A stretch of DNA of 64,000 nucleotides from Chrysomallon squamiferum (GCA_012295275.1 CM022670.1:15376001-15440000); one strand, 5' to 3'. Counted from the first letter of the stretch, positions 29,275-41,950 are shown. Numbers and translations are program-made. Notes: generated from the sequence alone by a model not told the origin.

Positions 29275-29947
29275 TGTTGTTTTTTTTGTTGTTCATAGAG
29301 TCATGGAAATGTTCTGGATAGATCCTTTTCATTTCAGACACGTCCCCTTTCAGCTTCAAGGGAATTTTGCCCACTGACTGCAGTTATACGCATCCTGCCT
29401 TTGACAATGCCTACTGTGGCTTCAGGATGAGTCACTAGATCAAAATAATTGATGCTCATCCCTAGCCTCTGTCTCTGTATTCTCTTACTGGAAATCCTAG
29501 CTTGTGCTTCCTCTTTATAAATATTCTCCGCCATCATCGACCAGTTCACTGAGACAGGAGTCCAACTTGCCGCAGATATGAAGACTTGAGGCTCATGTTT
29601 TGAGTGTTGCAGTGAAAGATAATAAAGGCACATTTAAGTCAGTTGTGAGTTCTTAAAAAACTGAATGTTTATTCAGAAGCTAAAGATCACTTTGCAAATG
29701 CGAAGGAACATCAAAACCCAACTGATTAAATATAAGCTTAACTACTTGAGAAACACAAAAACAAAAAGAAGAAAAAAGACAAGAATACAATTCAGATAGT
29801 TTAAACAGGTAAGCATTTCAAATGCAATAACAGTATAGTTAAGGCTTCTTGAGAATGTGCATTTTCTGCAATGAATAAAATATGGTGGCCATCTTTATTA
29901 TTATTATGGTTTTATTTATTTATTTCTATTTTTTATTTTTATTTTGA

Positions 29948-30009
<62 letters not shown>

Positions 30010-30607
30010 TACTTTTTCTTTTTTTTTTTTCATTTTATCGGGAAAAATGATTTCTCCATTCGAATCTTCATCCCTGAAAACATATAAAACGACCCTTAAT
30101 GTATATTTCTATCTTATCTAGCAATCTTAACACATTTTCTCGTATTCGATGGCGGCCATCTTGGATACATACATGTTCAGAGTGACTGAAACAGCAATAA
30201 ATAAAATACACTTCAGTGAATAATTATTACCTATACCTAACATAATAACATATATAGTATATTAAAGGGCCAAACGAGCTGTAATTCGACATAAAACAGA
30301 CACATTTTCATCCTTTTATTGTTGACATTTTGATTTATTAGTTTTTTAGCTGCATGAGAATATTTATGCCTGAAAAGATATAGTAAAGACCTTTCGTTTA
30401 TGTTTCTGTCTAATCTAGTTACGAATATATGAAGAAAATACATTCGGTGGTGGCCATCTTGGATTTAGACTCATAGCACAAATTGATTAAGGGTGAGTAG
30501 ATATCACCGAGTAATTTCTCAATATATATGCCCTAAACATCATTTATTAATACTTAAAATAAACTTTAGACTCAAAAACGAGGTTCTGTGGCACTTTATT
30601 CGGACTA
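28327..30607 (-). mobile_element. Decayed, internally deleted DNA transposon, probably Academ (AcademX-type)
   Basis: Termini TAGTCCG (28327-28333) / CGGACTA (30601-30607). Sub-terminal tggyggccatctt(gga) motif at ~29883, ~30150 and ~30448. Frameshifted minus-strand coding remnants: KEEAQARISS...HPEATVGIVKG, MKKSVNVGET...LLTNELAP, and LKNQLKVQVSS...ITIIGASAVVWVI...LLFDQYCEYSQK. These resemble invertebrate XPG-associated transposase ORFs. No TSD recognised. Confidence 0.65.
28767..29633 (-). pseudogene. Transposase pseudogene fragments inside the Academ-like element
   Basis: ORFs 29334-29633 and 28767-29033 and the intervening frameshifted segment carry collinear transposase-like motifs. They are interrupted by a (CT)n/poly-T run. 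Confidence 0.6.
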
Positions 30608-32447
30608 TAATATTTAAACTATAATTCCATCTGACTCGTTTTAACGTCGATTCAGAGTAGAACAAATAAAAAGTAACAAACCTCTATTTAGACGTATATT
30701 CACACAAACGTCAATTTATGGGGATGGGTGGAAGAAGGATTATATCGAATTAAAAACAAACGCAGAAAGAAAGAAAACAGAGATAAAGGGAGAGAGGAAA
30801 AAAGTATAAATGTATATATAAAAAAAAAAAAAAAAAAAAAAAAATAAAAAACCACTGAAATAAAAAAAGATTTACAATAAACGTTTTACGACTGAAATAA
30901 AGAACTTTAGAACTTTAGAAAAGAGAAAAAAAATGAAATAAACAAACAAATAAGAAATGTGTGAATGATTCGGTGACTAAAAGAAATCAGATAATGTGAA
31001 ATATTGATCCTAGCTACTGCAAATGACCGTGGCGTTATGGTTCCTTTAAACCAAATCAATTCCCTTTAGTGATAAAGTTAACTTTTTCCAATGAAACTGA
31101 TTTAAGTAATGTAACAGCCATTCAATCAACTCAGATAGAGAGAGATTTGAAATGTGTTTTAAAACAGATAGCATAATAGGTGGTATAAATAATTTATTAT
31201 TATCCGTATATGTAAGATTATATAACAGCAATAATATATATTTGGATATAAAAGATAAATCTGATATCTTAAAACAGTAACCTGTTATTGTATAAATAAA
31301 TACGCGCGCGCGCGCGCACGCACACGCACACACACATTAATATATTATGCACGTATATACTTACAAATAAAAGTATATACATATTTATTAGATTATATTA
31401 CGTATAATTAAGATTATAATACTACATAAAAAATTATCAACGGTGTATATATGATTATATACTTATGTATAGTAAGAATAATGTTATTTATGGATGGATG
31501 TGATTAATTTCACGGATAAATCCAAGGAGAAAATTGTCACATGAATATGGTATCTAGATATAAAATCTCACACAATGCAGCACTTTGTGATCAAATATAT
31601 TTATAACAGATTATCCCATAAACGGATTGTCAGAATTATGAAAAGATCATTTAATGTTGTCTGTGCTTTTTATCGTTATTACAGCTAGACAGAGACAGAC
31701 ATACAGACAGGCAGAAAGACAGACAGACAGACGGACAGATAGACAGATAAACATCCAAATAGATATATATAGAGAGAGAGAGACAGACAAGCAGACAGAA
31801 AGACAAATAGATAGCGAGATAGATAAATAGATAGATATATAAATAGATAGATAGAGATAAACAGACAGAGATAAACAGGCAGAGAGAGAGAGAGACAACC
31901 AGACAGACAGACAGACACCCACATATACACATATACAGACACAGACATACCTAGATGTATATCGATGTAGATATAGATCATATAAATATATAGATTATAC
32001 AATCCAAACCTAGACAGAAAAGAGAAGGAAAAGATGATGAAGAAAAAAGAAACTGATCGTAAATATTTTTATTTCGCATTAAAACACAAAAAACAAATAA
32101 AAATATTCGATGAATGAGCTATCGCTGATCAGTACTCAACACTGGTGTAATATACACCCCACACATCATTTACAAGTGTTCAGTCGGGTTACATTTTAAA
32201 TCGAGTTACGCAGCACACATGATCGACAAAGCTGAACAGACAATAATAAAACGTTCCGTTTGTATCGGTGAGTTAGAAAAAAAAATGAAAACGATGTTAA
32301 AATATCCAAAGACAAGCGCGTTAAGAGTTTCCACTCGCAAAGTTTTACTGACGAAGACGATATAAAAATTAAAAAAAAAAAAAAAAAAAAAGACATGAAA
32401 AAGAAATTTAATAATAATAAATTTAAAAAATGATAATAAACTAAGTC

Positions 32448-32684
32448 CTAAGCATCATCATTTTTGGCGCCGCTTTCGCCGCCTTCGGCAGCGTCATCGC
32501 TGGTGACGTCCGTGGTGGTTTCCTGCGGATCATCGGTAAGGATCGGGCCGCCCGAGTCTGGCGGAGATTCTGGCGGAGATTCTGGCGGAGATTCTGCAGG
32601 AGATTCTGGTTCCTTGATTTCAATGTCCTCCGGTTCTATTGGAGGTGGGAGAGGTACGACTTCTTTAGACACTTGCGCTAATAT
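32448..32684 (-). CDS. Small acidic Pro-rich MGC protein, exon 2
   Basis: Acceptor ATTTCAG| (32685-32686), phase 0. GC-rich coding-like sequence: ILAQVSKEVVPLPPPIEPEDIEIKEPESPAESPPESPPESPPDSGG...KNDDA*. Minus-strand AATAAA at 32068-32073. Confidence 0.8.
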   Translation of the reverse strand: MLAQVSKEVVPLPPPIEPEDIEIKEPESPAESPPESPPESPPDSGGPILTDDPQETTTDVTSDDAAEGGESGAKNDDA

Positions 32685-32923
32685 CTGAAATATGTATATA
32701 TATGTATATGTATATATATGTATATGTATATATATGTATATGTATATATATATGTATATGTATATGTATATGTATATACACACACACACACACACATTGA
32801 GAATTAAAGAAATAAAAATGGTTGATGATGCATATCTCAAAAACTGTTGCCTTCTTCTTTTTTTTTTTTTCTTTTCTTTTTTATCCGTTGGCTGGTGGGT
32901 GGAGAATGTTTTTTAATTTTAAG

Positions 32924-32954
<31 letters not shown>

Positions 32955-33210
32955 GTGTTACTATTATTATTGTTGTTGTTGTTGTTATTAGTATTATATT
33001 TCTATTGTTGTTGTTATTATTATTATTATTATTATTACTGTCGTTGTTGATATTGTTATTATTGATATTAACATTAATATTATCGTTGTTATTGTAATAT
33101 AAAAAGCTACAGTTTTTAGCAACATTAAATTGCCTTGATAAATTTATTACTTGTAAAACACAGAATATAAAACAAATTACTAATTATATTAATAAAATCT
33201 ATAATCGTAC

Positions 33211-33303
33211 CGCATTTTCGGAAACTTTCGAAACCTTCTCCATCATATGGGCAGAAACAGAATTCTGTTCGGGTTCCTCTTTGCTTCCTAGGATGCAACC
33301 CAT
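33211..33303 (-). CDS. Small acidic Pro-rich MGC protein, exon 1 (MGCILGSKEEPEQNSVSAHMMEKVSKVSENA); spliced product 109 aa
   Basis: ATG-ATG-GGT-TGC; the second ATG (33303) has -3 A and +4 G. Donor GCG|GTACGA at 33211/33210 is phase 0 and in frame with exon 2. Not in the ORF track (different frame, under 60 aa). Confidence 0.75.
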
Positions 33304-33353
33304 CATTAGAAATGAAGACTTTTTGTGCCTCCAAAATACAAGACTACTCAGAG

Positions 33354-33432
33354 TTTAAAAGGGCTCCCCAGGAACATTAGTATGACGTCATTAGAGCCCA
33401 GTTTCTTAGTGAGACGTCATTAGATTATGACG
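33354..33432 (-). promoter_or_regulatory. Candidate compact promoter: TTTTAAA box plus CRE cluster
   Basis: Minus-strand TTTTAAA at 33354-33360. Perfect TGACGTCA at 33383-33390 in context TATGACGTCATT. 7/8 CRE at 33412-33419. TGACG half-site at 33428-33432. Confidence 0.5.
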
Positions 33433-33737
33433 AAAAACGCAGTGGACTAGAGATTGTAGATATGTACTGTACATACATTGTCTGGTTTGGTCCTTTTGTT
33501 TGCTGGTGTGTTTTTTTTTTTTTTTTTTTTTGTTTTTTTTTTGTGTTTGTTTTGTTTATTTGTTGTTGTTTTTAGGTGTTTTTTGTTGTTGTTTTCTATG
33601 ATAAGAAACTAAATCGTTTTTACTTAGCAAAGACGCTTAAAATAAAAAATAAAACAAGTCACGAGGTTTCTTCAACGCATAAATTGTTATAACATTTTCA
33701 TTATCTTTTAGGTTACTTTATTATTTTAAAGTAATAA

Positions 33738-33779
<42 letters not shown>

Positions 33780-35100
33780 CATCATCATCGATATCAGCAT
33801 CATCGTCATCATCATTATTATTATTCTAAATTATTGTTTATCTATGGGCTGGGAGAATCTTCAGTATAATATTAAAGCCTGTCATCTGTTATTTAACAGT
33901 TTTCAATTCTGTCACAATCTAGAAATATTAAACCGTGCAAAGAGATAAAGATATACGTTACTGCCTATTATCAGCAATGTTAATTTCAGCAATGCTAATA
34001 AAAACTATTCATAAAAATAAAATCGAGAGTGAAAAAAAAAAAAAAGAAATACAAACAAAAAAGAAAAAGAAAGAAAGAAAAGAAAGAAAGAAAGAAAGAA
34101 AATCCTATCAGTTTTAGATGGAAATTCTCGCCGTTATCTGCGTTTATTTTCTAATCAGTGAAGTGCGGTGCCTCGTTCTGACGGAGCTAATTCCTCGAGG
34201 TTTTAGGAGCTCGTCTAAAAGTGCCGTGCTGCAGGAGCTGAGATTCCCTCAGTCGAAGACATTTCCAGCCAATCCAATTAAGCAATTTATTTTTACGTGC
34301 CTGTCCCAGCGGTGCTGAAGCCTGCTCGTTCTGGTCAAGTCACACCACGCACGTGCATCTCGTGCTGTACGCCAACAGCTTTCTGCCGACGTGAATCCCT
34401 TCTTGTCTCTTTTGCAGCACCCGAATTTTTTTTTTTTTTTTTTTAAATAATTATTAGCTGTTATCGTAACGCGAATTTTAGTGTGAAATAAAAACCCCTT
34501 TATTGTCATTAGTTTTTTTTTTTTTTATAATAGGATATAATTACTATTATATAACACACACAGGGATCTGGTTCAGTTTTACTGATGTCAGAGCGACCTA
34601 ATCACCAGTCGACACAGACGACTTTCCATTTTAATATGATTTACAAATTAGTGTGTTAGTGAGATTAATGACGATGCAGATAGCCTCCTGTGACTTCTAG
34701 CATTATTCCTTTTAAATGTTTTTTTTTTTTTTTTTTTTTTTTTTTTCTTTTGGTAGCGGAAATGTAGTTTTCTTCTGATGTTAGTCAAATGCATTAGAAA
34801 CAAAACTTCAATATTCTTCTGCTGTTAGATCTCTGAAGTCGACACAGGAAGTCAACACATTTGCTTCTTTGAATGCTTAATATAGTTTCCAGCTGTTCTT
34901 TCACATTAACTAACTAAATTCATTTACATGTCCCATTGTCTGTTAATATTAAAACATTTCCTGATTATTTTTATCAGAGTAAACTGTAAGTCAGAAATTT
35001 AATTAAGAACTGTCCAATGGTTAGGGACATCTACAAATAACATGGAACGATACAAGATTTTTACCTTTACCTATATATATATATATATATACCTTTTTTT

Positions 35101-35520
35101 CAGATTAATAGTCAATTATATTTTGGTGGCTGTAGGTTATAAACCAGATACCTACCATGCTTGTAACTAATAGTATTTTAATTCTGGTAGGTTCCAGGTT
35201 GTGTCCTCGATGTCTGGCCGACTTGAGGCTAATAGTTAAACAACATTTGGTAGATACCCGTGGTCAGTCAGATTCTGAGATTAATAACAATATTAAATAC
35301 CAGGTTGCGATCGCTCTGTCTACCAGCTTTGAGATTAACAGTTTGGTAATGATGGTAGATACCAGGATGTTATTCCGTTGTGTAGCAGTGTTGAAGATAA
35401 TAGTTTTGTAAAATAGATAGATAGGACAGAGTCTATCAGCACTGAGATTAGCGGGGTAGTAACAATGGGACGTTCGCGGCTTGCGATCCCGATGTCCAAC
35501 AGGCTTGAGATTAATGTCTT
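35101..35520. repeat. Highly diverged tandem repeat, about 8 units of 52-62 bp
   Basis: Anchor (t/c)tgagattaa-like motif at ~35102, 35161, 35222, 35275, 35328, 35390, 35442 and 35504. Recurring tggtagataccagg(t/a)tg...tgtctaccag segments. Confidence 0.65.
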
Positions 35521-35903
35521 ATTAACTACACTGTCTTTAAAACTTTGCCTTTCTTTATTACAGCTATTAAACATCGATACTCAGACGACTGATCAACATT
35601 TCTTACGAAGCTGAGAAGGCAAAATCCATATAGATTTTTTGATAAAATATTTGTCTTAATTCACCGTTATGACATTTGCTCTTATTGTTTGACATATCGA
35701 GGCGAGCCGTTTTTGACTTTCGCTTCTTCTTGCCCAGCGAGTTCAGGAAAACATCACAGTGGATTGATCAAGTCTGCAGCTGTATCAGCTTTTGTTATGA
35801 ACAATCACAAACCAGTATTGAATTTTTCTTCATAATCGCGACGAGGATATCCGTAATTATTGTGTTTTGTCTTTCGCAGTAAATTATATATGTCTGTGTA
35901 TGT

Positions 35904-35952
<49 letters not shown>

Positions 35953-37198
35953 AGTTTGTGAATGAGGACATTAAAATTAGAGTTTCGTGTATAGTCAATA
36001 AATAAACATGCTAACACATGTTAACAGATTTAAAAGAATGGCAAAAATTCTTCAATTTAATTTAATGATTATAATTCCCCAGTAAGCATCTAATTCATTG
36101 GATGTAGTATTTACATGTATGAACACGTATACTCACCTAATTATTCGAACATTAGTATTATTGCTACTAGTATTAATACTATATTGCTATTATTACTATT
36201 ATTATTATTCTACTCTGTTATTACTAAAATTATTATCAGTGCTACTATTAAACTGTTACATTACTACTATTACTGCGACTGTTATACTGCTACTACTAAT
36301 ATTACAACTATTGCTGGTATACTACCCCTAGGACTAATGCTACTACTATTACTATTGTAGTACTACTGTATTACTATTGCTTCTGCTGTACTACTACTGT
36401 TACTACTTCTTCTACTCTACTATTTATTCTTGGTGAAATTTTAAATATTTACACCAGATGTATGTGCAGACAGGAGAATAGTTGACTAGTACACAGGATC
36501 AAATTTCAATAATGCACGATTAGGCTATTTTTGATAAATATTTTTTGTTTAATTTTTTAATTTTTTTTTTTTTTTTTTTTTTAGAGAGAGAGAAGGAAAA
36601 TCTATTAACTTAAGAATCACTGATTTTCTTCTATCAAATTGTGTTTTAAATGTTTTAAATTATTTCGATACTTAAGATCTGGAAAAGGTTATGCAGTTTG
36701 TCTACACTGATACTGCATCATTTAGGTGTGTAAATCTCTAGTTTGACATAACTGTAGTGTTGCTTATTAGTCATACATTACGTTCTGCAGGCTATACGCA
36801 AAATATATTTAAGAAGAAAGATAATTAATGAAAGGGCCCGAAGCAGATAACACTTTGACGATATAAATCTCTGATAAAGACAGTCTGACATGCAAACGGT
36901 GAAATATTTATTTCTAAAATAAATAACAAGGTAGAAATATTTAAAATATTTAATTTATTATAATCATTAATACTGTGTGCCATTAATCCTAAAAACAAAC
37001 CTCTAAATGAATAAATTTATTTATTTATTTATTTTGTTTTTTTTTTTTTCAATTGTTCAGTGTTTTTCAGTTATTTATTACTATTTTCAGGATAAATATA
37101 GAATAAAAGAAATATATTTTATCCTTTGGATAGACAGATATTAAGTGGAAAAAAAACTACATTAGCATACTAACACACACACACACACACACACACAA

Positions 37199-37260
<62 letters not shown>

Positions 37261-37799
37261 TTATACATAATATAATTATTACGTTTAAAACATATTATTT
37301 CGTGAGAAACAGAGACAGTCAGACCTAACATAATAAAACCTAACTGCAGTCAGAATACAAAAGACCGAGATTTATGTTATATAACTTTACACTGTCAAAC
37401 TGAACTCCATCTTAAAACAAAAACTAAAACAAAGAATCTCCCCACCTTTGTTTTTTCTTCATCAAGACAATAACCTGGCAGGCAGTATTTACAGGTGACA
37501 AACTCGGAGCTGTCTCTGTGTATATTTTTACCTGCACACCTAGCTGTGACCCGAATCTCTCTATTTACCTCACAGACCTCACTCGTCGGAAACAGTCGTA
37601 TCTCAGACGTGCAGCAAAGTTGAAAAGTACTTTCATTAAAGACTGAGCTGATTTGCTGATTAGGAAATTGGTTTGTGTATTAATACGTTTGATAACAATC
37701 ATTTAGTGTCAGCAGATGACCTCAGTGTTGCCACAAGAGTCGGATGACATTTTTTGACAGTGACAGAGCCGCCTCTAGTTTACTAGGGCAATGTTTTGT

Positions 37800-37841
<42 letters not shown>

Positions 37842-38113
37842 GTGGGGTTTTGGGTTTCCCTACGTTCAGTACTACGTTCCCTACGACAACACCGTTTGCT
37901 CATCGCGAAGCAGAATAATTCGTCTAGATCCAGATGTTGAGACATTAATGTGAAAATTATTTTAATGAGAAAATGATTTGAGTCTCTGGTTACAACAAGT
38001 GACAAATCGTAAGCGCGGCTGAGATAAAATTAGGTAAACGTAAACCGTGTTTAAAACGTGTGCTATTCTGGACGTGCTAACAGCTTCATTGTTCAGTTTT
38101 GTGAGTTGAAATC

Positions 38114-38179
38114 ATGGAATCTGGAAGTCTGCTCTCGGAAAATACCGCATCCGAAGACTTTGACACGACTGATAAATCA
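38114..38179 (+). CDS. TMEM272-like gene, putative coding exon 1 (MESGSLLSENTASEDFDTTDKS)
   Basis: ATC-ATG-G start. Donor TCA|GTAAGT, phase 0. Confidence 0.6.
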
Positions 38180-38771
38180 GTAAGTATTCAGGGGCTAGTC
38201 CATATTTAAAGGGGTCGGGTGATGTTGATATGCTATGCTATATGTGGAATAATACCCTGTTTTGTGTTTTTTTTTTTTAATGACGACGTTACTGGTGTCT
38301 GTAAAAACAGTTGATGTTGTAACAATAAAGACGACGATGTCTGTACACACCTGTATTCATGTCAATTTAATAAAGATTTTAAAAAAATAAAATAAAATAA
38401 GAATAAATAAATAACAGTAATAATAACGGCAACAATAATAATAATAATAATAACGCTGTGTTCGGCAGTTTTATGTGACAATACACCGTTGTGTGAGATA
38501 GATTTTGTCTGTAATGTTAAGTCCACAGTACAAGAATTACAGTGGAAGTGATTCAAAGCTTTGTGACTCACTGCACACAAACAACTCGGGTCCTGTGAGT
38601 TCATACACAAGTGTGGATCAGCGAGATAACACAGATTTAAAATGCAGTGTCACAAGTGTTTATATGATAATGTAACTAATGAGGCTGTTACAATGTATAT
38701 TATTATTTACTTTATTACTGTTGCTGGTGAGATATTGTTTTTTATTATCATTTTTTATATATATCATTACT

Positions 38772-38813
<42 letters not shown>

Positions 38814-39097
38814 TGTTATTATTATTAAAGTTTTGCTTTTTATTTATTTATTTATGTGTTATTGTTGTTGTGGTTTTTTAGGGTTATGTTTAGGTTTTGT
38901 TTTATATTGAGGAGTTGTTCGTTTCTTTATTTATTTACGACAAAAGTGATTTAAATTTTAATAATATACGTATGACAGTTTTATAAGCAATGATTCGCCT
39001 CTGATTACTTTTAAAATGACTGATCTGAGATTGTGAGAGATTTTCTGGTTTCACTACTTATATTCAGCACATCCTTGTCACCTTATTCCCTTTTTAG

Positions 39098-39114
39098 TAC
39101 GGTTTTGATATCTG
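39098..39114 (+). CDS. TMEM272-like gene, putative 17-nt microexon 2 (YGFDI+W)
   Basis: Acceptor ccttattccctttttag|. Weak donor TG|GTTCAC. Phase 0 to 2 links exon 1 to exon 3. Confidence 0.4.
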
Positions 39115-39666
39115 GTTCACACAAAAACGTCACCGTATAAAATTCTGATAAGTGATTTTGCAATTCATTTGAAATGCCCGTCAAAAAAAAAAATTATACA
39201 TTGATTATCTCAACGGAAAAAAAAAAAAAAAAAGATGAATTTTAAGAACGGAATTCTAACACTCTCACAACATTTGTAATTGATTAAAGCCTCTAGCGAA
39301 AACCTCATCCTAGCTCGCTGCATGCACAAATGCAAAATGAAGCACCGTCACCATATTTCATTAATGTGACCTGCTGCTGAATTTCTTAAGCAATCTTTTC
39401 CTCGCAACGACTGGCAATTAATTCTCTGCCATTGATAAATGATTGAAAGTGTTTGCTTAACAAGAAATAAAGCCAGGTTTGTCAGTGGAATTCGGGAAAC
39501 CCATCTGCTGCATGAAGAAATGAGCAGAGAATTTTTTTTTTTTTTTTTTTTTTATCAAAAGTTTGCTGTTCAGATCATAGAGTTAATGAAATATTTAATC
39601 CTTAATCCGATCTCACGAAAAGATATTTTAAAAAGTGGAGGGAGAAAAGACAGACTAAATTTACAG

Positions 39667-39747
39667 GGAACGTGACAAGTCCTTTATTCTGACGCGAAAT
39701 GAATTCAACAAACTGGTATCGTGCCTAAAACTGGATACATTACAGTG
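39667..39747 (+). CDS. TMEM272-like gene, putative exon 3 (ERDKSFILTRNEFNKLVSCLKLDTLQ)
   Basis: Acceptor tttacag|. Donor TG|GTATTT. Phase 2 to 2. Similar to exon 6. Confidence 0.45.
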
Positions 39748-39901
39748 GTATTTTTTTTGAAGAAAAACCCAAATCGGTGTATAATGTACTATATATATAT
39801 GTAACAGAGTTCATTAATTATTCATTAAGCATTGTGTCCTTCTGTGTGTACAGAGCGTATGGTAGTCCGAACTGCATATTAATGGTTTGGTGTACTTTAG
39901 G

Positions 39902-39968
<67 letters not shown>

Positions 39969-40610
39969 ATATATATTTTATATATATATATATATATAGA
40001 TTATTGTCTAGAACGCATTCTTAAACCTCTGAAACGAGCAATATCAATTACTTGATCAAACCCGTTCTCAAACTACATGAAAGTAGCGGGATGGACTTTC
40101 GTAGTTTTCGAGTCTACGATACCCCCGGCCTTAATGGAAATCTGACTCTTTTTTGTGAGTCCGTCTGTGTTCATGTATTGATATAGCAACTGTACTGTCC
40201 AATACTCCTGTTACTATCTTCTGAGGAAATGAAGTCCTTTGTATATCAAGTTAATTTCCGGATAACTGTGTTATCGTTGTAAGCTGGATGCCGTACATGC
40301 AAAAGTGTAAGGAGTTTATTTATTAGAACCCTAATTCATTAGGACGATAACGTCTTCTCAGTAGAATATGTGCTGAATGTGATATATTATGTAAATTTTC
40401 AATGAATGTTTACGTTCGTTTTGGAATCTATATTTCCGATGTACTATTTATCAGTTATAGAAAAGTGTATGTGCGTGAATGTGTCTGTGTGTGTGTGTCT
40501 GTGTCTGTGTCTGTGTGTGTGTCTGTGTGTAAGTGTGTCTGTGCGTGTGTGTGTGTGTGTGTGTTTCATTGATAAGCCTGAACTTCTGTGTCTCTGCGAA
40601 TTTTCACACA

Positions 40611-40703
<93 letters not shown>

Positions 40704-41454
40704 CAATAATAATAATAAATAAATAATTAAATAAATAATATAAAATGTTTAACATGTCAACAATATTTTATAAATTGTTTTATTTTGTAAATTTTGTTTC
40801 TGTTTTTTTTTCTTTTTTTTTCATTAATTTCTCATGATGAATGAATGAATGAATGAATGATGAATATAAAAGGTTATAATGGTTTCGGTTACATGTTTTC
40901 TTCTATAATGATATTATTGCAAACAGCAGTAGTTGCAGTAGTAGTAGTAGTAGCAGTAGCAGTAGTAGTAGTTGCAGTTTTGGTATCAGCAGCTTTGACA
41001 GTAGTAGTAGTAGTACTACTACTAGTTGTTGTTGTAGTAGTAGCAATAGTAGTATCACCAGCAGAGGCAGCAGTAGTAATAATAGTAGTAGTAGTTTTCA
41101 CTGTTCTTGTTGAAGTTGTTGTTGGTAGTGGTGGTAAAAGTGTCAAAAGCACATTCAGCTTCAATGTAATTACAGAAGAAAAAGTCAGGTTAGCAAGACT
41201 AATTTTGTGCCAGAGAGCTCTTTGATTTGATTACCCTAACACATTTACTTTTACATTACAGACTTGACAGACACTGTACAACAGTTGCCTCATTCCATAT
41301 AATAAATCTGTAGGATTTACCAGCTCAGTATTAAAATGAACTTACACACACGGACACACATGCACACAGAGAATGAGAGAGTAAGTGAGGGAGAGAGTGA
41401 GAGAGAGAGAAAGAAAGAGAGAGACAGATAGACAGACACAGCGAGAGGGAGAGA

Positions 41455-41508
<54 letters not shown>

Positions 41509-41674
41509 GGAGAGAGAGAGAGGGAGGGAGAGAAGAAGAGAGCGAAGCAGAGAGGAAGAGAGACAGACAAAAGACACCGCGAGACTGAAAGAGAAGATAC
41601 CAAAAGATAATAAATAATAGGCTTTTGCAGCTCAGTATCAAATTGAACACAAACACACACATTCACACACACAC

Positions 41675-41792
<118 letters not shown>

Positions 41793-41807
41793 TCATTGAA
41801 CATACAG

Positions 41808-41862
41808 TTATCGTACTCATAGTGATAATTTTCTTGACACAAGTGAACAAACAGCTGACGAG
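41808..41862 (+). CDS. TMEM272-like gene, putative exon 4 (YRTHSDNFLDTSEQTADE)
   Basis: Acceptor catacag| with no polypyrimidine tract. Strong donor GAG|GTAAGA. Phase 2 to 0. Confidence 0.5.
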
Positions 41863-41950
41863 GTAAGACAAGTTGTCAGGATCTAAATAACTGCGATGTG
41901 AGGCAGTTTCTTCATTCAGCAGGTTTTCTTTTTCTCCTAACTTCCTTCAG

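Noticed and set aside
33125-33334. ORF MEAQKVFISNDG... as exon 1 of the acidic protein
   Set aside because: TTG start and out of phase with exon 2. The overlapping MGCILG frame splices in frame.
35335-35574. 79-aa ORF as an RT fragment or real exon
   Set aside because: It lies in a frameshifted degenerate tandem repeat. No convincing RT motif or splice sites.
37700-37800. Possible LINE reverse-transcriptase remnant (ADDLSVATR)
   Set aside because: Only one short motif with no supporting flanking motifs. Too weak to call.
41176-41188. 13-nt candidate microexon (tacag|AAGAAAAAGTCAG|gttagc)
   Set aside because: It does not fit the phase chain that uses both 17-nt microexons. It could belong to an alternative path but is unsupported.
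40857-41225. V/A-rich (+) and T-rich mucin-like (-) ORFs
   Set aside because: Degenerate (GTA/GCA)n trinucleotide tract inside an intron.
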